This document shows positions 59,519 through 64,000 of a stretch of 64,000 nt of DNA, piece after piece (the stretch's first letter is position 1; each line of letters begins with the position of its first letter). Position numbers and translations under genes: made by a program. This DNA is from Phoronis australis (Eukaryota; Animalia; Phoronida): contig NMRA01000011.1 of assembly GCA_002633005.1 (NCBI GenBank), positions 563,635 to 627,634 of the forward strand, given 5' to 3'. Below the pieces are notes generated by a model. The model saw nothing but the letters and a program-made list of their open reading frames with translations. It was not told where the DNA came from and searched no databases.

Positions 59519-62500
59519 CTCTATGCACGGACTAGCTTAAATACATGTATACACGATAGGCTCCTCGTACGTTTAGCCAGATGCATAAGGCAAACCACGG
59601 TGCCGTTTCTTGGCCTATTTCGCCTGGCAACACCTTTGGCACTCACTGAACGACCGAACAACATTGACACGGAAAAACATTATCAAACGTTGAAAATACT
59701 TATCTCAGGTGTACACTATTTACATCTTGAAACTAGTTAGATGTGATACATATACCAGTTAAAGGTTATCGCAAACCTTATTTAGTGGTTTCCATTCTAA
59801 CAAGTATATCAAAAACAAGGCTTTTTCAACCAGTAAAAGTATATATTTTCTGAAAGAAAAAAGATCAGGGAATATAAAATATGTTTTATATTTATGTGTT
59901 AATATTATTATTATTACGTTAACATGTTTTTAAAGTCAAAGGTACTTTCATAGCAAAATAACCCTCGGTCGATTTTAATGATACCTTTTTTAAATGAAAA
60001 CTTCTCCAGTTACCTCAAGAACGCTGTTAGGAATTTTGGATTAGCCTTTTCATTTGATTTCTATTACAAATGAACCCGCAAAACGTAAGGCATGTTTGCA
60101 TAAAATAGAAGTCGTATTTGTTTTTGGTACATCACGCAAAAACTGGGCCTTTATTTCCAAAATCAAAAGAGGGTTTTTTAAATTGATGAATAAACATTAG
60201 TTTTGGAAAGTTTCAGAGAAATCCACCTAGCCGTTTTTGATTTGCCGAAGCGGAAAAAGCCGATTATATGGCACGACGTGAAAATCTCAAGGCCGAGTGA
60301 GGAACTTCGGTTAATTATTAGGTGAAAACATGTTTTTGGCCAATATAACCTATACACCTCTTAGGCACGTTCATTATTTCAACATTCACACGCACGACAT
60401 CAGAATTTGCAGGGCATAATTAACTTATTATCACAAAAAAACTTTTCATTTAAACTAAGTCGATCTTGTCATGGGCGGAGCCTCAGCACATGAATTGGGT
60501 CAAGCTGATGTATTGCAGTCCACTTTAAAGTAGGTCAACAGTTCATTGTTAGACACCCGAGGCGTTGGGAGACTGATACAAAAACCAAGTACAAAATGGT
60601 TACAGAAATTGGGTCGGTGGTTAAAGCACGTCGTTAGCATGAGATCAAAAAAGCGAAATGTCAAATTACCCGAATTATGGAATTCGGGTGAGGATTTATG
60701 TCTTTTCACAATTTGCTGTGTTCATGAACACTAAGTCACAGAGCAGTGAGGCGACTCGTAGCATTCGTTCTCAACGGTCGTATGCATGCAGACACACAAC
60801 TCTCTCAGGATCAAAGCCACGTTTTGTCTTCGTTTTCCTCGGCATCTTTCTATCATAAGTACACGTCGCGTCTCGGTGAATGAAAGGACTGAGGGCACGT
60901 ACGGAGCTGCTCTGCACCTAGCAGGAGATTCGATTTGAGTGTAACCTTTGACTTCGGATAAGTAGTAAATAAATTCCCACGCGGTTCAAAGGTGGTTCTT
61001 CCAAATCTTTTTTTCTCGCAACACGGTATGTATTTCATATTTGAAGTTCCCCGAGAATAAAGATAATGTATTTTTCTAGACATATGTAAAATGTTGTAAA
61101 AATTTCCAATTTTTATGAATAAGGTTTGAGATATCCTTAAATACGAATTATGCAAAAATAAAATAAAACAACATCGTCGTGTAAATGTTAGCCGTAAATC
61201 CTCAATGGCAAAACCCCCATCTCTGAAAATTCAATACCTGAAACAACCCCCAAACTCTTACAATAATGCTGCAAAAACTTCCGGCAATAAACTCTAAATT
61301 ATTTTAATTTTACTCGTTATACGAAACTCATCTAATGTTTCTCTGTAAGTAATCAATCTCTTCGTGAATTCGTGTTTTAAAACTTCCAAAGGTAGGAAAT
61401 ACAGTCCAGATCACGACTAACAACGATTAATATAGCACTCGTAATTATACAAACAGTTATGTATAGCTAAAATAAGAACAGTTTGATTATACACAATCCA
61501 TCTTTTCATAATTTCACTCAAAACTGATTTCGTCACGTGCTATTGCACGATTGGTGCTTAGGGAGAGATAAAAGCTATACAGGGGTTAATCACGCTTGCC
61601 GAGTTAGCAGACTTAGCATACAATTTTCAAAGTTACCCCAACGTTTTAAGTGTTGACGAAGGCTACAGAGCATTATTTTGTAATAAATAGCAAAGTGGAT
61701 TCGTCGTTATGATAATGATTTATTAATGGAATAAATCGTGTTTTAATGTCCATTTAGAAAATTAAAGGGAAAAGGTTCACGTAAGTAAATGCAAAATTGT
61801 TGTTTTTTGTTATGTAAATATGTTATCATCTTACTGAATAACGTTATCCACTGTTATTTTACGGTATTTAACTTTACTTTAAAGTAATTTCCATTTCATT
61901 ACACGTCATTCACAGAAATAAAAATTTTGGATTATTAATTTACTTGTAGTAAATCTTGTCTCCGACTGATTGAGGCGTACACATGCGTCTTAACTAGCAA
62001 TTTTGATGGCTACTGATTAACTCAATTGACAAATGATTACCGTATCGACGAGTGCGTTTGCTTTTAAGTGTATAGGCTTTTGTGTGTATAACGTGTTTCC
62101 AAATCAAGACTGAGATTGTGTGCAAGCGGACAAGTCAATGTCTGTTTTGATTTGCTGTTTAGGGCCTATCCACAAGACTGTACACTTAACCAAACCAAAT
62201 ATCTACAAAACTACAGAATTTAGCTAAGTAAAAATAAAAATAAATTCCGTAGAATTTGATTTTTGACTTTATACCAATTTGCCATCACCTGGTTTTTAGT
62301 AAAAGAGAGGTACATTCTTAGCAAGACAATTAACAGGATCAACAACATGAACAAATTTCGTATGATATAAATGATCAAGATAAAATCTCTTTCTGAATTA
62401 TTGTTTGATTTTCGAAAAATCCTATTTTTGATGTCTCTCATGCAAACGTGGAATATTTTAAAACCCATTTCTAACAGTTTTATGGAGAATAGTGCATAAA

Positions 62501-62838
62501 GCAGAAAATCTGAAAGTTTCATATGAACCTGATCGGCCATTTTTGATGTTCCGATGTTGGTCAAAATTGTATTTTTTTCTAGAGTCCTTCATAACCTCAA
62601 GGTACACCAGAAAACAATGAACATTGCCGTAAGCAAACTTTATATCAGACAAATTCCTTAGGTCGCAGCCCTGACTGTAAACTTGTAGACCGGCAGCCCA
62701 GAGCACTTAGCATAGATGAACGAGGTACCAACATCTGACCAGGGGAGCATTTAAAGTCCACCTCAGTATGTACAGAAATGGACGTCTGCCGTTGTCTGTA
62801 CTCTGGGTGTGACCCCTGGGGGCCTTACTAAGAGCCCA

Positions 62839-63560
62839 AAAATGAGCTAGACTAGATATTCGAGGTACTGTCCATAACTGATTTAAAACGAACAATAGTA
62901 CCGTACTGAACACCAAATGACCCATGACAGACAAATTGCACTCTGGAATGGGTCCGGCAGAAACCAAAAAAGGACCCCCCAAAAATGAGCTAGCACATAC
63001 ATTCGAGGTACCACACAAAACCAATTCCGTATGATTCAATACATGTCACAGATCACTAAATGCCCTATGACAGACAAATTACACTCTGGATTGTGCCCGG
63101 CAGAAACCCCCAAAAAATCTCAACCACGGTATGCCATCAAAATTTGAGCTAGACTACATTTTCGAAGTACCGGCCAAAACTGAATTAAAACAAACAATAG
63201 TACCCGCACTGAACATTGAATGACCCATGGCAGACAAACTGCACTCTGGAATGGGTCCAGCAGAAACCAAAAAAGACCCCCCAAAAATGAGCTAGCACAT
63301 ACATTCGAGATACCACAAAAAACAATTACATGAGATTCAATACATGTCACAAGTCACTAAATGCCCTATGATCTGCAGACAAAATACACTCTGGATTGTG
63401 CCTGGCAGAAACCCTCAAAAATCTCAACCACGGTTTGCCATTTTTGAGACAGTTAGATTCTCAAGGTATCGGCTTAAACTGATTTAAAACCAACAATCGT
63501 GCTGCACTAAACACCCAATGACCCGTGAAAGACAAATTTTACTCGTAAATAGTGGGCTAA
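62839..63560 (+). repeat. Tandem repeat, ~300-bp unit made of two related ~150-bp subunits (A-B-A-B-A')
   Basis: Recurring tgagctag...ttcgaggtac and atgacagacaaatt(g/a)cactctgga...gcagaaacc at ~150-bp spacing; alternate copies are more similar to each other. Confidence 0.8.
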
Positions 63561-64000
63561 AAACCCAGAAAGGACCTTAAAAATGGAGGTACAATCGTCC
63601 ATGCAGTTTTCCCCTGCTAGTTCAAGTACTCGGGTGGTAAATCCAAACAACTGGTCAACAAGATGTTAAAAATTGCACCACGAAAATCGAAGTACACAAT
63701 TGGTGACAAAAGTGGTGTATTTATTAAGTTAACTGCAAAAAGCGGGACCACAGGAAACAAAAACTAATTATAAAAAACTTTCGTTCACTAAAGCCTGTGT
63801 TTACTCTCATGATCACTACAAGCGAAAAGCAGACGGGTGTCAAGATGTACGACAGTTTACTCGCCTAGTGGTAACTTTTTGAAGAAATTTTTACATGATG
63901 TCGAAATTCAGTGTAGTGTATAGTGTTTGCAATGTTTTAGTTTCGCGGAGTCATTTGTCTATGGCCGACATAATGTCTTCCGTGATAAAATACAAATCAC

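Larger units (their letters stand above)
58091..62028. other. Duplication 58091-58992 vs 61127-62028 with 2.1 kb unique sequence between; N at 58993
   Basis: ~900 bp almost identical; the first copy ends at the N. Confidence 0.85.

Overview
Eukaryotic, intron-rich, AT-rich genomic DNA from a draft assembly of a heterozygous animal. Gene and repeat content suggests a marine invertebrate, possibly a deuterostome; this is inference. Four protein-coding genes are supported. (1) An alpha-L-fucosidase (GH29) on the minus strand, exons 1-2 at 7331-7782 and 2023-2129, continuing off the left edge. (2) A galactose-3-O-sulfotransferase (GAL3ST family) with a single coding exon, + 15214-16458. (3) A four-exon EGFR/ErbB-like gene (+ 24631-42752) that appears to stop right after the first Receptor L domain, giving a 212-aa secreted protein with no furin-like, TM or kinase part. 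This is the most interesting object. (4) A convergent minus-strand gene for an uncharacterised coiled-coil protein built from two gaplessly aligning exon-encoded repeats (57625-57957, 47991-48193). The rest is transposon debris (Kolobok, Gypsy internal fragments and LTRs, hAT, a large decayed DNA transposon, MITEs) and tandem repeats. Six near-identical duplications abut N-gaps and are most likely uncollapsed haplotype overlaps. All homology calls come from recalled motifs; no searches were run.
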